Assembly: GCF_000143415.4 (NCBI RefSeq)
Contig: NW_003314267.1
Location: 3,460,387 to 3,524,386, forward strand
Length of the DNA stretch: 64,000 bases
Source of the DNA: Selaginella moellendorffii
Taxonomy: Eukaryota > Plantae > Lycopodiophyta
Direction: 5' to 3'
Each line of letters begins with the position of its first letter. Position 1 is the first letter of the stretch. The translations under genes were made by a program, and so were the position numbers. Below, in pieces: positions 1 through 12,959 of this stretch. A model generated the notes under the pieces. That model ran no database searches. It had not been told where the DNA came from and saw nothing but the letters and a program-made list of their open reading frames with translations.

Positions 1-559
1 AGCCCCCGGGACAAAGCAAGAGAATGAGCCGGTACCTCTATAGCTTATCTTGGCCACTAGTCTTTTGCTCCTATCCTTTGATCGTTGCACCAAACAATAT
101 AGGATCATTGCCTTCATCCTCGAGGTTGTAAGCGACTAAATTTTCCATTTTACTTTAGTCACTTAACCACACCTCCGACCACTTGGAGGAGTCTCATTCA
201 CAACCTCCATAAGTCCAATTCAAGACTTGGGACTTGTTAGCCCCAAGAATGGCATCCATGCCACCCAACCTTTGCACCTGGTCCAAGTGCTCCATGTGTC
301 TGATCCCATGATCGACACTCAAAGGTACCACCTACATAACAGCCTATTACGCTAAGGCCATGCCCAATCACCTTTGCCGCACTAGTAGTCCAATACCACT
401 TGCATCACAGTCTTGTCTCTCCAAGACTGGGCCAACCATTCGTGAGTGGTCATCCCAAATCTACTCCTTAGCATCCTTAGGATGCCCACCGACAAGGGGA
501 ATAGCCTTCCCCAATATCCCTCTTTCAATCCCCACCAAATCCCTTCCTACCCATGGCCA

Positions 560-1550
560 TGTTCCCCAACACTGCCATTGGGTCAAGGCCCACAAGCTTG
601 ACTACTAAGTCCCAATGTCCTCTGGGACTTCCTCACCATGTGACTGTATCTTTAGTCACTATGCCAGAGGTTTGCTCCTCTTCTTTTCCACAGTTTGGGA
701 CTTTGGGGCAACATTTCGGAACACTGTGGCCTTACGCGAGCCATTGGGGTACTCTCCCCGCCTTCTGTCTTTGGGTGCTCTAGCCATGGGCTTAGAGCGA
801 GGTTTTGTTGAGCCACACCAGGTATCCAAGTAGGTAGTGCCCACACTTAGACTGGGAGCATTGACCATTTGATCTCCCGGGGGAACTAGAGCCGGCTTTT
901 GAACACTTCACCAAGCTACCCTGCTTGTCTGTCCGTATTCACTATAGTCTTGGACTTCTCAGTGGTCATCCCATCACCCAACAGCTGGGTATGGCTTTCT
1001 TGGGCCAAACTAGCCTTTTCTGGCCAAACTGGCTCCACTGGGCTCCAACCCCCACACTCTCCCTACTATACTTTTGGAACCTCACACAGGCCCCCCCCCC
1101 CCCCCCCCCCTGGGGGAAGATCGCTTTGGGTTTTCACCCAACAGCTTGGATTAATATTCGGCCTTGGACTCAGACTCGGACTTGGACTCGGACTCAGTCT
1201 TGGACTCAGACTCGGACTCGGTCTCTCGTGTCATCTCGGACTCCATCTCGGGCCCATCTCGGACTCCACCTTGAGTCCATCTCAGACTCCATTTCGGATT
1301 CCATCTTGGGTCCATCTCGGGTCCATCTCGGACTCCATCTCGTGTCCATCTCGGATCTGTCTCAGACTCCATCTCGGGTCCATCTCAGATCCATCTCGGA
1401 CTCTTCCACGTGTCATGTGTTGGTCCTCTTGTGTCCCTTTTCTAGAGACTCACTTATTGCTCACTTCGTGCTTGTTCCTTGAGCCCTTCGTTGGGAGTTT
1501 CACTCCTGCTCTCGACCTTTCAAGTCGAAGCTTTTAGTCTAAACGTGTTA
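560..1550 (-). mobile_element. Decayed LTR related to chromovirus family A, reverse orientation
   Basis: Reverse complement of the A-LTR 12-bp GAGTCCGAGATC-type repeats (1160-1400) and of the GGGTGAAA..CCAAAG..poly-G..GGTTCCAAAAGTATAGTAGGG module (1060-1140). Boundaries approximate. Confidence 0.6.
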
Positions 1551-2039
1551 TGTTCGTTTGGCTTTCACTTTGGCCACTACCACATGGCACCCTTTTGGCT
1601 CCACTTTGGGGCCTAGGGGTTTTGTGTCTCACAGAGGTATTCTTTCGGTTCCATAGTAAAGGCTTTGCTTTGCCAAGTCTAGGGGTGTTCACCTTTAGTA
1701 AGTCTCCCCAATATTTTCTGGTATGGGCTCTATCTATGGCCCAACCTTACAACCCACTCATAGGTCCTTTTTTAGAGACTATTTTCTTGACTCACAATAC
1801 CATTGCATTGTCGTAGTTCATTTTCCTTATGCGTCCTTTTCATTTGGTCACTTTGATCAAGTCACACCATTACCAATAGTTTAAATCAACATTTTGAACT
1901 AGGAACCTTATTCTTTAACCTTAGAAAGACCTTAACCTTAGGAGGACCTTATCCTTGCTTAGCCATAAAATCACCTAGTGATCTAACTTTGACACCTTAA
2001 TAAGTTTCTCAATAAGTTCTAGGCCTTCCAAACCTTTAA

Positions 2040-3990
2040 GTTGTTGACCATGACTCTGGGGGTAACCCCCACACTTGGCAGTGTGCCCAAGCCAGCCCTT
2101 CCGGCCAAGGGTCCATAGCAACTGAGATTGGGTGTCCCAATCTTATTCACCACGTCCTTGGTGCCACTTGCACCAAAGTGTTCAAGTTAGATATATCAAA
2201 TTTTCACACTAAATAATTTAATTGTATGTCATGACTCCCCTGCTTGGCGATATGCCTAAGCTAGTCTCCTTACTGAGAGTATATGACCACTGAAAAATAA
2301 GTGTCCTCATATTCTAAACCATCACCACGCCCTAGTGACTTGGGACTCGAACCCAAGCACTAGAGGGTTGGGACTCGAACCCAACCTCCGTATAAGCATA
2401 TATGGACAGCATCACCATCACCTAGGATGCCTAGTATGATTCCCCATGCTAGTGCACCAACTTATACCTAAAGCATGCTATAGATCATAGTTTAGGAACC
2501 TAGTTCATTTGAACTTCCAAGTCTTCTCACTTGACAAGTCTCAATACCTTATGGTTGGGTGGATTGTGTGTGCTTGGGAAAAATTTGGAAAACATTGCAA
2601 AGTATGATCATGCATGGACTCCTCTATATTTGGCTTTATATGTCACCCCTTTTGAAGTTAACACCTTCAACTAGGGCTTTTGTCCCCCCGACTTGCCAAT
2701 CTTGCTTAGTAAGTCATCCGACCAATGTAACATAGTTTCATGCATAAGCATGAAAGTCTTTAACCATTGATTTTCATTGAAAGCCATTTCTTTGAACACT
2801 AAGGAATTAGTTCTCTAATTTTGATAGCCTCACTTTATAGCAAACTTCAAGACTATGTTTCTGCTATACCATTCTAATTTTACACAATTCTATTAATCAT
2901 TTACACTTGCCTTTCTAGATATCAACCTACCCATAATTGTCTTTGGGAACATTGAAGGGATTTTATCTTTTAGTTTGCTAAAGCCTCTCCTTTCACAAAC
3001 TTTTTAATTGCTATATGATCTAATATGGATAATTTTATACTTTAGATTCTCCATGGCATCACAATTGTTAATAGCAACACCTTTGAGCACCCATTTGATC
3101 CTCCACTCCCAATTTGTATAACCACTTTTAATTATACCCTTTGATTACTATAGTTGGTTTCATACGTTTCCTTCAGTTATTCTCCTCCAGGCTAGAAAGA
3201 TAGCTTTGCACTTTTTACCATGTCTTAGCAAGTATTCTTAAGGATAAACCTACTTAATAGTTTAAGAAGTGGTTCCTTAATTTGGATATACTCACATTGT
3301 AATCCCACACACTAGGATTAATGTTGCTATTTATGATCTTTTACATGTCCGTCACTAACCTTGCTAAAATCCCTTTTGCTTTTGTCCAATTCGAATAGAT
3401 AGACTTCTTTCGTCTCTACAACCTTGGACATTGAATAATACTTTCTATCCATTATTCGTTAGGGACTTAGTCCCTTGAGTTTTATCTAATGCCTTCATGA
3501 TATTAAACACCATTTCCTAGTGTTTTAGAGTGTTTAGGTGTTCTAATGATGGCATTTTTTGACAATAAGAATTTCCTTTTATAACATTGACTTACTATAT
3601 TGCAACATAAGTAATTTATCCCTGCATAGGATATATTTAACCTTTTTATCCCAATAAAAAATCTTGGGAAGTTAATTTCTACCAATCTAATCAATTATGC
3701 CACATATTTTGCTTAAATGCCTTATAGTCATCAAGTCCTGCAATTCATTGCTAGTGCTTTTGCATCTTCATCATTATTTGGGTTCACACACTCAAATTGC
3801 ATGTCTCCCACTTTATGCTATACCAATCCCATTTCTATTAAAATTCTTTCGGCAAAGGGTTCTCATGAACCAATCAATTTCACTTTAAGGCCTCATCCCT
3901 TGAAACACTTGGGGTCTTCACCCCATCAGTTCTATGAGCTTACTTTCATGACACTTTCCATTTGTGTCTAGGTTTTTGCCAAAACCAAAA
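2040..3990 (-). mobile_element. Heavily decayed internal region (3' UTR and pol remnants) of an A-related Gypsy element
   Basis: 2040-2120 resembles the reverse complement of 44370-44445. The GGGTTCGAGTCCC hairpins at 2341-2386 match the A 3' UTR. Only traces of pol remain. Confidence 0.45.
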
Positions 3991-4399
3991 CAGTCATTTC
4001 TCATGCCAATTATTAATTAATATTGCACTATAGTGTTCACACACAATTTTGTGCCAAAGTTGTTTTCTTATAGGAACACCATATCTCATTGAAATGTTGG
4101 TTATATGAGCATGATGTTCAATATCTAGGCATATTATTGGATAATAAAGATTTGTGTTGAAGTGAACTTTTGTAAAGTTTTAGGTAAAAGGAAGTTGATT
4201 GAGTCTTAAGAATTTATATTTCTAGACAAAGAGTTATTCTTTGTCTAGGATGGAAAATTCTCCACAAATTTTCATAGACTTTTCTAATGGTTAATTTGTT
4301 AATTATTTTACTCGAAAACCATTCCTTTTTCGTAAGTCATTGCAAATTAGTAAAGGGGTTTGAGTTGACTTTGGTTAACTTAAACTTGAGTAAGCAGTT

Positions 4400-7125
4400 T
4401 ATAAGATGTGGCCCAAAAGGGATTCTAATTTTTTAGGTTAAGGCAATTGAGTTTGATAGAGTCTAGAGTAAAAGTGGCTATTGCTTTTCTAGAAAGGTGA
4501 CTCTTGTGCTTTTCTTTTGTAGCATTATACTTGATGGTAGGTTATACCTTGCATTGAATTAGACTCTATGAGAGTAGTGAGTTCTCACTAATTTGACTTA
4601 ATTATGGTGGTTCTGTGTCTTGGTGAGGGATAGTGATGTCCAACTTAATTATTTACGATGGAGATGTTAATATCTATATTATATCTTTATTTATTAAGAG
4701 GTTATACACCATATGAGTCCATCTTATGGTTTTCACTTTAGTTTCAAGTGTTAATCATGCATAGCTAGCTTTTTCAATTATGCTCAGAGCTGTCAACTAA
4801 ACATGTTAGTGAGCTTATCATGGTTTGATTGGATTCAGGTAGTCATTTTGTTCGTACTTATCTATATTCCTATATGTTGTGTGTGGAGTGTTACTTTTCC
4901 ATTGTACAAGTATATGACATGATGATGTGAGTTTGGTGTTAGATTTTATGAAAGTTAGTTGAAGAGTGATTGTTAATTGCTTTGGGACTTATGATTACTT
5001 ATAGACTTCTTTGAAGACTATTGACACTTTACTCAGCTTGATGATGATTTAGTAGTGATGGGCTCACTACCAAATAGTGTTGTGAAGGATCATGTTATTG
5101 ATCTTGCATGGTTTCTCTATATTAGCATTTTGATTTAATCTTTATCAATATTATTTAGTTATATTTAGTTTTTGGTGTTAGATTGTTTTGATGTGGTGAT
5201 CACTCCTTAATGAAGTGTTATTTGTAGCTAAGTTTTGCTAAAAGATTGGTCTCAAATACTAAATTTAGTATTTTCAACTTTGGTTAGCTTGGTTGTTAAA
5301 GAGTATTGAGTGGTGACTTACTCTTGCTTTCTTTTAGTTTTGTTTTGGTGTTAATGGCATTGAAGTGATGCCTTGATATTAATATTATTAAAGTTGAGAT
5401 TGAATGAGATGAGATATCATTTTGTTTTGCTAGTTTTAATAAAAATATATTGATAGTTTGGCTATACCTTTATATTATTGACATTTGTGCACTTGCTAGT
5501 TTGCAACTATGTTAATATTCAAATGAATTGAGTGGCAAGTTAAGTTAACTATATTTTAGAAAAGGTTTTTTAATAAAGGTTAAACTTTGGCTTTTCCTTA
5601 GAAAGTGATCTAATCATGAACTATCTTGGCTTTGCAAGTAGAAAAGCTGGTGGTTGGTATTAAATTTATTAGTTTCTTGTGGATTTAAGTTGGGATATAT
5701 CAATCATTAATGATTCTTTTTATGCTTGTTATGAAGTGAGTTACATTTCGCTATAAACAGTGGATTCATAAAGGATCAATCTTAGTCACTTGTTGACCAT
5801 AATTTTGTTGTATTTAGCTTTTGAATTGATATAAAAATACTCATTATTAACTTGTCTTTATAAAGTTTAGCATATGAATGTATTGAACAAAATATTGTGG
5901 ATTGTACCATGATTTCTTCTTTGGCATTGAAGTTGGTTTATGTGATCATTTTTAAGGGAGATTTGGCTATAAGCTTCTTCAAGCTTCTGGCTATTTGAGT
6001 TTCATGTTCATTATTCCATTTATTTAAGAGTTGTTGGGGAAGGCATATTTGCTTATTAGCTTCGATGTTGAAGTTAGTGTTTGCATTTGGTAATCATTAG
6101 TGATGATTGATTGTCATCTAGAATAGTTGATTATCTTTATCAAAAGTTTTACTTAATTATTGTTGATGTTGAATGATTTACTATTCTTTGGGATGGTGGA
6201 TTATTTATTTGATAATGATTATGCGTCTCTCTATTAATGGGATGATTGATGATTTTTCATGATAGTTAGTTGTTTTCTTTAATAGCTTTTGGCTTTTCTT
6301 ATTATTACATAATCTATGATTCACTTTAAATTGGTTTATTGGATTTGAGATGTTGGTAAAGATGTTACCAATGCTTTTTTGACTAACTTTGGTTCCTTAG
6401 TATTGTTGATAGGAATCTATTTAGATTGGCTAGTGCAACTATTAGCATGAATGAATGTTTATTCACCCTTGCAATATTTATTCTATTCTATTGATTGTTG
6501 TTATGGTTAATTCTAATAGATTTAGATATTATTTCCTTTAGATGATACATTCATGAGCATTTTGTTTGTTCAGTTAATGATACTTTATGTTTTTTAAATT
6601 GTCTTTCGTAAATTGTTTAGCATGGTATTTACAATATTTAATAGTTAAACTTTAGGGGTGGGGTATCTATATCTTAGCTAGTACCCATAGATACGCCACC
6701 AATTAAGCTTTAGCTGATGGGGTATCTATATCCTCACATTAGACCATTGGTATGCTACAATAACGCTAGACTCTATATGGCTTTGTTTTACATGCTGGTT
6801 CTAACATTAGGATGTTGGATGCTCTAGGACTATTCCAAGTTGTTGTGCTTCTCCTTTCACTCTTTATGCTATACACTTAAAAGTTACACTGCGCTTCTAT
6901 CCCTTCACTCTTTAGGCTGTACACTCAAGAGTCACTCTATGTTTCTATCCCTTCACTCTTTAGGTAGTATACTCAAAAGTCATTTTATGCTTCTATCCTT
7001 TTATTTCGTGAGTTGTATATTTAGGAGTTGTTTCAGGCTTTGCTTCTTTCACTCCTTGGCTCTATGCTCAGGAGTTTGGCTTTATCCCTTTGTTTAGTGG
7101 CCTAACACCCTAAAATTTGGGTTAA
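4400..7125 (+). mobile_element. Decayed relic of Tat family C (3' internal region and partial LTR)
   Basis: 6710-7120 aligns by eye with solo LTR 17010-17290 and includes ~39-bp tandem repeats. 6350-6650 resembles 13000-13290. Confidence 0.5.
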
Positions 7126-7619
7126 ACAGCTAAGTACACCAAGCCTCAAGGTTTTTGATTATCTTGTGGTATAACAAGACTTATTCATAAGACCTTTTAA
7201 ATCCCAAGCATTGGGTACATCTCTTATTTTAGCACATTAGGAGGAAATACTATGAGCTCACAGCCTAGTATTTATACCTCAACTCCCCACTTCCATCCCA
7301 AAGGGAAGGCCCAAGCCCCTAGGAAGGGGTGATGGTACTTAAGTAGGGCACCATTTCATTTGAGTCAAGAGTATTGTAGTTGGTTTCCCTTCTCATTCAA
7401 GACTATTAACGCGTAATTGATTTATTTTTTAGGAGTAGGAGTTACTCTTGAGCATTTCCTCAAGGAGCCTCTTTAACACTCCTCAAGCCCATGTTTACTT
7501 TCATTTAAGGCTACTAACCCCCAATCTTAACCCTCAACTTGGTTTGGAAGAATTATTGGAGAGTTCTTTCAAGACTAGGTCCTTAGCCTCATTATCCTTA
7601 CTATAGTTTTGGAACCCTT

Positions 7620-7910
7620 TGCGACTAGTTGCCTCACATAGAATAGCTAATCTACATAAAAGAAGGATTAATAGATTCAGTCCGGAAATGGAGGTGTTGA
7701 TTCCCCTTAATTCAAGTTAATAAGGACATTGACATCTCTAAAAAGGGGGCAAATGTAGAATATATAATTATGGGATGAAATTTGGATATATTATCACTAT
7801 GAATCTTTAGAACTTTGAGGGATAAATAGAGATAAAATAGTCAATAAAGGTTCTTTCATAAAGCAACTACCTTTTTTCCAATTGATTTAAGATGAGAGAG
7901 ATAGGGGAGA
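7620..7910 (+). mobile_element. Decayed TRIM fragment (same family as 14920-15642)
   Basis: Reverse-complement similarity to the TRIM internal region (aatagctaatctac, ggacattgacatctct, purine tract) and to its LTR. Confidence 0.55.
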
Positions 7911-7914
7911 AAGA

Positions 7915-10900
7915 TAATATAAGTTGCCATATGGGTGCCAGTGTTATTTGTGAAAAAGAAAAATGACTCTATGCATATATGCATAGACTATTGGTTGTTT
8001 AACAAGTATACAAAAAAGAACAAATATGCTTTATTTTGTTAAAGTGGGACTTATTCAGTAAAGTGGGACATTAATTAGCATGTGTCCACATGCCATTTCC
8101 TAGTACTTAATTAATATTTATTAATATTTCTATCAGTTTTTTAATTTATTTTTTTATATTTCACAATATTATAACACAAAATCATATGAAAAGTTTTTAA
8201 TTTATAAATTATAAAGCTAAAACTTCAATTTTTTATTGTTGTTATAAAAATGGCATGTGGCCACACACCATAAGTGGGATAATGAAAAGTTCCACTTTAA
8301 CGAAATAAAGCATAAATACTCTTTTTACCAAGGATTGAGGACTTATTCTATAGGTTGGGAAAGGCAAAATATGTTTTGGGATTTGATCTAAAGTTTGGAT
8401 ATTACCAAATCAAAGTAGTAAAGGAAAAATGTCAAAAAAACAATTTGTCAAATGAGGTATGAGAGTTTTGAGTTTTTAGTGATACCCTTTAAGTTGTCTA
8501 ATGCACTGGTAACAATCTCGACACTAATGAACCATATCTTTGTATGATCTTTTTGTGGTAGTCTACATTAATGACATTTTTATCTATATCAAAATGCTAG
8601 AGGAATATGTTGAACACCTAATGAATATGTTTGAGAAACTAAAGGAACATAAATTATATTCTAAAGAAAGTAAATGTGATTTCGCTCAATAAGAGGTAAA
8701 GTTTCTCAGATATATAATGGGCAAGGACAGGCTTAAAGTGGATCTTGAGAAGGTTTAAGAAATCCAAGAATGGGAAAAACCATCAAGTATACATAAATTA
8801 AAGGCATTTTTATGGTTATACAACTAATATCGAAAGTTCATCAAACACTATTTAAGAGTAACTCTACCTTTAACAAATTAAATGGGAAAAGAGAAGATTG
8901 TATAGTGGCATTTGTCCACCTCAAAGGGGAATTAAGGAAGGCTCTTATGTTGGCATTATCAAATTTTGGTAAGGACTTCGAAGTAGAAATAGACACCTCA
9001 AATTTTGCATTAAACGTAGTTTTGAAGTAAAAGAATTACCCAATAGTGTTTTTCTTGAAGAAGTTAGATAAGGCTCAATAAATGTGGCCTGCCATGAAAA
9101 AGAACTATTTGTGGTGATCAAGATGATCAAGGAATGGCAATATTACCTTATGAAGCACTTCAAGGTATATATCGATAATGTGGCAATGAAACACTTTTTG
9201 TCAAACCTTGACTTCCAAGGAAAATAGGGTTGGTGGGCCAATGCTTTGGCTAAGCTCAATTGCGAGATTTTGTATAAATCTGTTAAAAGCTTGATGCTTT
9301 AAATCAAAAAGCAAGCTTGAAGTTGGCAATATCTAATGCAACAATAACTTTTTAGGATGATGTATGGACAATGTATGAGGATGATAGTTTAGCACAATAA
9401 GTGTTGCTAAGGAATGAAAATGTGTGCGATGCTCACCAAAAGTGAGTTACATAGAGAAGAGAAAATTGATTATGTGAAATATGACAAACTCATTTATTAT
9501 AAGCAAACAAGGGTGTATGTCCCAAAAGGGGAACTAATGAAGATGGAGAAGAATGTTATGATAAACTTTTTGTAAGACACAACAAAGTGCCCAAGACAAT
9601 AGATTTACTTAAGAAAAAGCATCACTAGCTAAACATGACTAGGACATTTAAAACTATGTAAAGATATGCCCACTGTATCAGCAAGTAAAGGCTATGACCA
9701 AAGCTAGTGGGGGCTTGTTACAAAGCCTTTTAATCCTCGATTGTCCATGAAAATGTCTTACAATAAACTTTATTAAAGGACTCCCCTCAAATGAAGGGTT
9801 TGATGTGATATTCATGGTGGTAGATTGGCTTTCTAAAATGGCACTTTTCATACCCATTACAATGGAAGTGGATTCGAAAGGTGTGGCGAAACTATTCTTT
9901 AAACAAGTGGTTCAAGTGCGAGGAAGGCTAAAAGAAATCATTTCAAATCAAGATAAATTTTTTACTAGTAATCTCTAAAGAACTCTCCTAGAGTAGAATC
10001 ACACTAAGCTACAATTCAATATAGCCTATCACCCACAGACATGTAATAAGTAGCAAGTTAAATATAATAGTAATAACATTTCTTGACAAATGGGCAAACA
10101 GAAAGGGTAAATAGGTAGATAGAGGATTATTTGTGATGTTATGTCTTTAGAGGTTAGATTAATTGGGTAAGTCATTTGTGACTTTGAGAAATGTGTTATA
10201 ACAATTTACCACATTCAAGTATTGGGGTGAGTCCATAGGAAGTTATTAATAAGCAAGTTATTGAAGGTCCCATAGAACTTGGTGTGGCTAGTACCATGGA
10301 GAGTTACCTGCAATGGAGGAATTTATAGCAGAAAAACTCAACATTTGGAATTTGGTGAGGGATTCTTTAGAACAAGGTCAACAAAGGCAAATTAAATATA
10401 TGAACCAAAAGTGCAGAGATATGGGTTCTAACTTGGGGAGAAGGTCTAGAACACAAAAAGTTACCAAATGAGTCCATTAGAAATTGACCCAAAAGTAAAG
10501 TGTATATATTTTTAGAACAAAGTGATCTTAAGTTTTTTTAAAATATTTATAAAACCCTATGAAATTAAGGCTCAAATTAGTAATGTGGCTTACTTTCTTG
10601 GGAGATGGGGAGGATGCACCTTATGCTCTACGTGAATTTACTCAAGCCAGACTTTGGGGACCCTTTTTGCAAAGACCAAGTGAGACTTTTATTCGAGGTT
10701 ATTTAAGAGGAAAAGAAATATGAAGTTGAGGCCATCATTAATGTGCATAATAGCAAGCAACAAAGATGTGAGGTGAAAGAGTTCCATGTGAAGCAAAAAG
10801 GGTTTCCACCCTACAAAGCAACATAAGAACTAGAAAAAAAAACCTAACAAATGCTCAAGATCTAATAGAGGAATTTTTACAAAGTAGAATTTTATATATT

Positions 10901-12190
10901 TATGAAAAATTCAATTAAAGTATCCATTTATGAAATTGAGGAATGTCCTATATTGAAAGCCAAAAGTAAGTTAATTAGTATTAGGTCAATTAGGCATAGA
11001 GAGCTACAACCAACTCCCCAAAAGGATGTCAAATCCATAAACATATTCCATGAAGTTTGGGTTCAAATCCCAACCAACCCTCTACTAGGGTGAGGTGAAG
11101 TGAAGGGTATATATAGACTTCTAGTAGAGGAGGCTAACTTAGGCACACCACTAAATGGGAAGCCATGGTTAATAAGTTATAAGATTGAATAGATATATTC
11201 AATGTGGTGTCAAATTTCTTCTATAAATAATAGAGTTGTAAAGAACCATTTCCCTAAGGTGCTGTAAGTTAAAGGATCCCTGAAATCATAACCAAAATGA
11301 TAAAGAGTTTATCGGACGAGATTGAGTTTGAGTTTGAGTAAAAGACTAAGTCTGAGATATGAGATTGGGTCCGAAACCAAGTTCAAGTGTAAGATCGAGT
11401 TCAAGTCCAAATATTAATATAGGTTCTGGGGTGAAAGCCCAAAACAATCATCCCCCTGAGGGGGTGGGGGCTGTGAGGGGTTCCAAAAGTATAATAGGGA
11501 TAATGAAGTTAAAGATCTAGTCTTGAACGAACACTTCAGTGGTGCTTCCAAATTAAGTTGGGGAAAAGATTAAGGGTTAATAACCTTGGGTGGGAGTGAG
11601 CATAGGCTTGAGGAGTGCTAGAAAGGCTTTTCAAGTGCTCAAGAGTAACTCTTGCTCTTGGAAGGGAAATTGTTTATGGTGCTCCCGACTCAAGTTTTAG
11701 TGGTGTCCCACTTGAGTATTATTAAGCTTATTGGTTTTTGCCCTTCCTAAGGGCTTGAGCCTTCCCTTCAAGATGGAGGTGGGGAATTGACATACCTATA
11801 TTAAGTCATTAAGCTATAGTGTTTCCCTTTGGTGTCCCAGACTAAGAGATACACCCAAAGCTTGGGATTTAGAGGGTTCTATGAACAAACCTCGTGTACC
11901 ATGGGATATTAAGAACTTGGAGGTTTGGTGTACTTAGTTATTATTTGTGCCTATAGGGAGTGTAGCTGAACTTGAAATTCAATTTAATCTGGGGAGGGGG
12001 ATTAAGAGAGAGTTTAGGAACCTATGAAGAGTTGGTTGATACTTTGTTACTCGTGTAATAAATATCTAAACCTAAGTAGGATTAAGTTGGAGTTAGTACG
12101 ATATGGGAACCTTGGCAAGGGAACTTAAGGCAAAGGTGGTCGGATAGATGAGATAAATTAACAAATTGATAAAGGAAATTTTAGCTTACA
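7915..12190 (+). mobile_element. Older decayed copy (A') of chromovirus A: RT-RH-INT-chromodomain remnants and 3' LTR (11237-12190)
   Basis: Collinear with 27330-28544 joined to 42560-45617. LTR runs TGTAAAGAACC..GCTTACA. Many C>T/G>A stops. Confidence 0.9.
8026..8313 (-). mobile_element. 288-bp MITE of the Sola1-like family, TSD AAAT
   Basis: TIRs ATGCTTTATTTTGTTAAAGTGGGA / TCCACTTTAACGAAATAAAGCAT. AAAT at 8022-8025 and 8314-8317. Removing it rejoins the RT KKNKY..LPR region. Both ends match the ends of the 14-kb element in inverted orientation. Confidence 0.92.
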
Positions 12191-12959
12191 ACATGATGAT
12201 GTTTTATATACTTATATAAAATAGGAGAGTCATAGTAAGCATGAAGGAAGAATGGAATGAAAACCAAAGGAAAAAGCACTATTAGAAATAAAAGATTATC
12301 CAAATTAATCCTTACAAAATAATGAAAATTGTCATTAAGTTAATATTGAGAATGTAAATGCATGAAATACAAAGTTCTTAAATCTATTATAAAGCCCACA
12401 GATCGGCACCTCAACCCATCCACTAACTCTAGAATAATAAGCTTCTAAGGAGGGAGAGGATTTTGATATAGAGTATTAGCATAGTTTATTGACCTCCTAG
12501 GGTGAAGAATAATCTTAACATCATAGATTTAAATTTTCAAGGCCTATTGAGGAGTACAACTAACTAAGTTTTTTCACTTTAATAATGAAGTGATTGTAAT
12601 ATGATCACCTTGTCTAAGAACTATGCAAGTAAGCATGTAACTTCTCAAAACCCCAAACCCCTACTAAACAGTGTAGACCACTCTTAAGCTTATAAGATAA
12701 AAAGTTCAACTCACAAGCTAAGCTTAATTTTTAATTGTAGTTTAATAAATTTTATTAATTAAGGTTTATGGGAAACTTAACTGTAACTTATAATTTAACA
12801 TCTCTCTGCACTTTATATAAGTAAAGCTTTTAAAGGATTCAAGAACTTAAATATTTACTACATACCATAATAAGTAGGTTTGTCATAACTTTAAATAAAA
12901 TAAGATTTATTTATAAACAATCTACTTTATTTAGAAAAGTAATCTTGAATACTATATGT

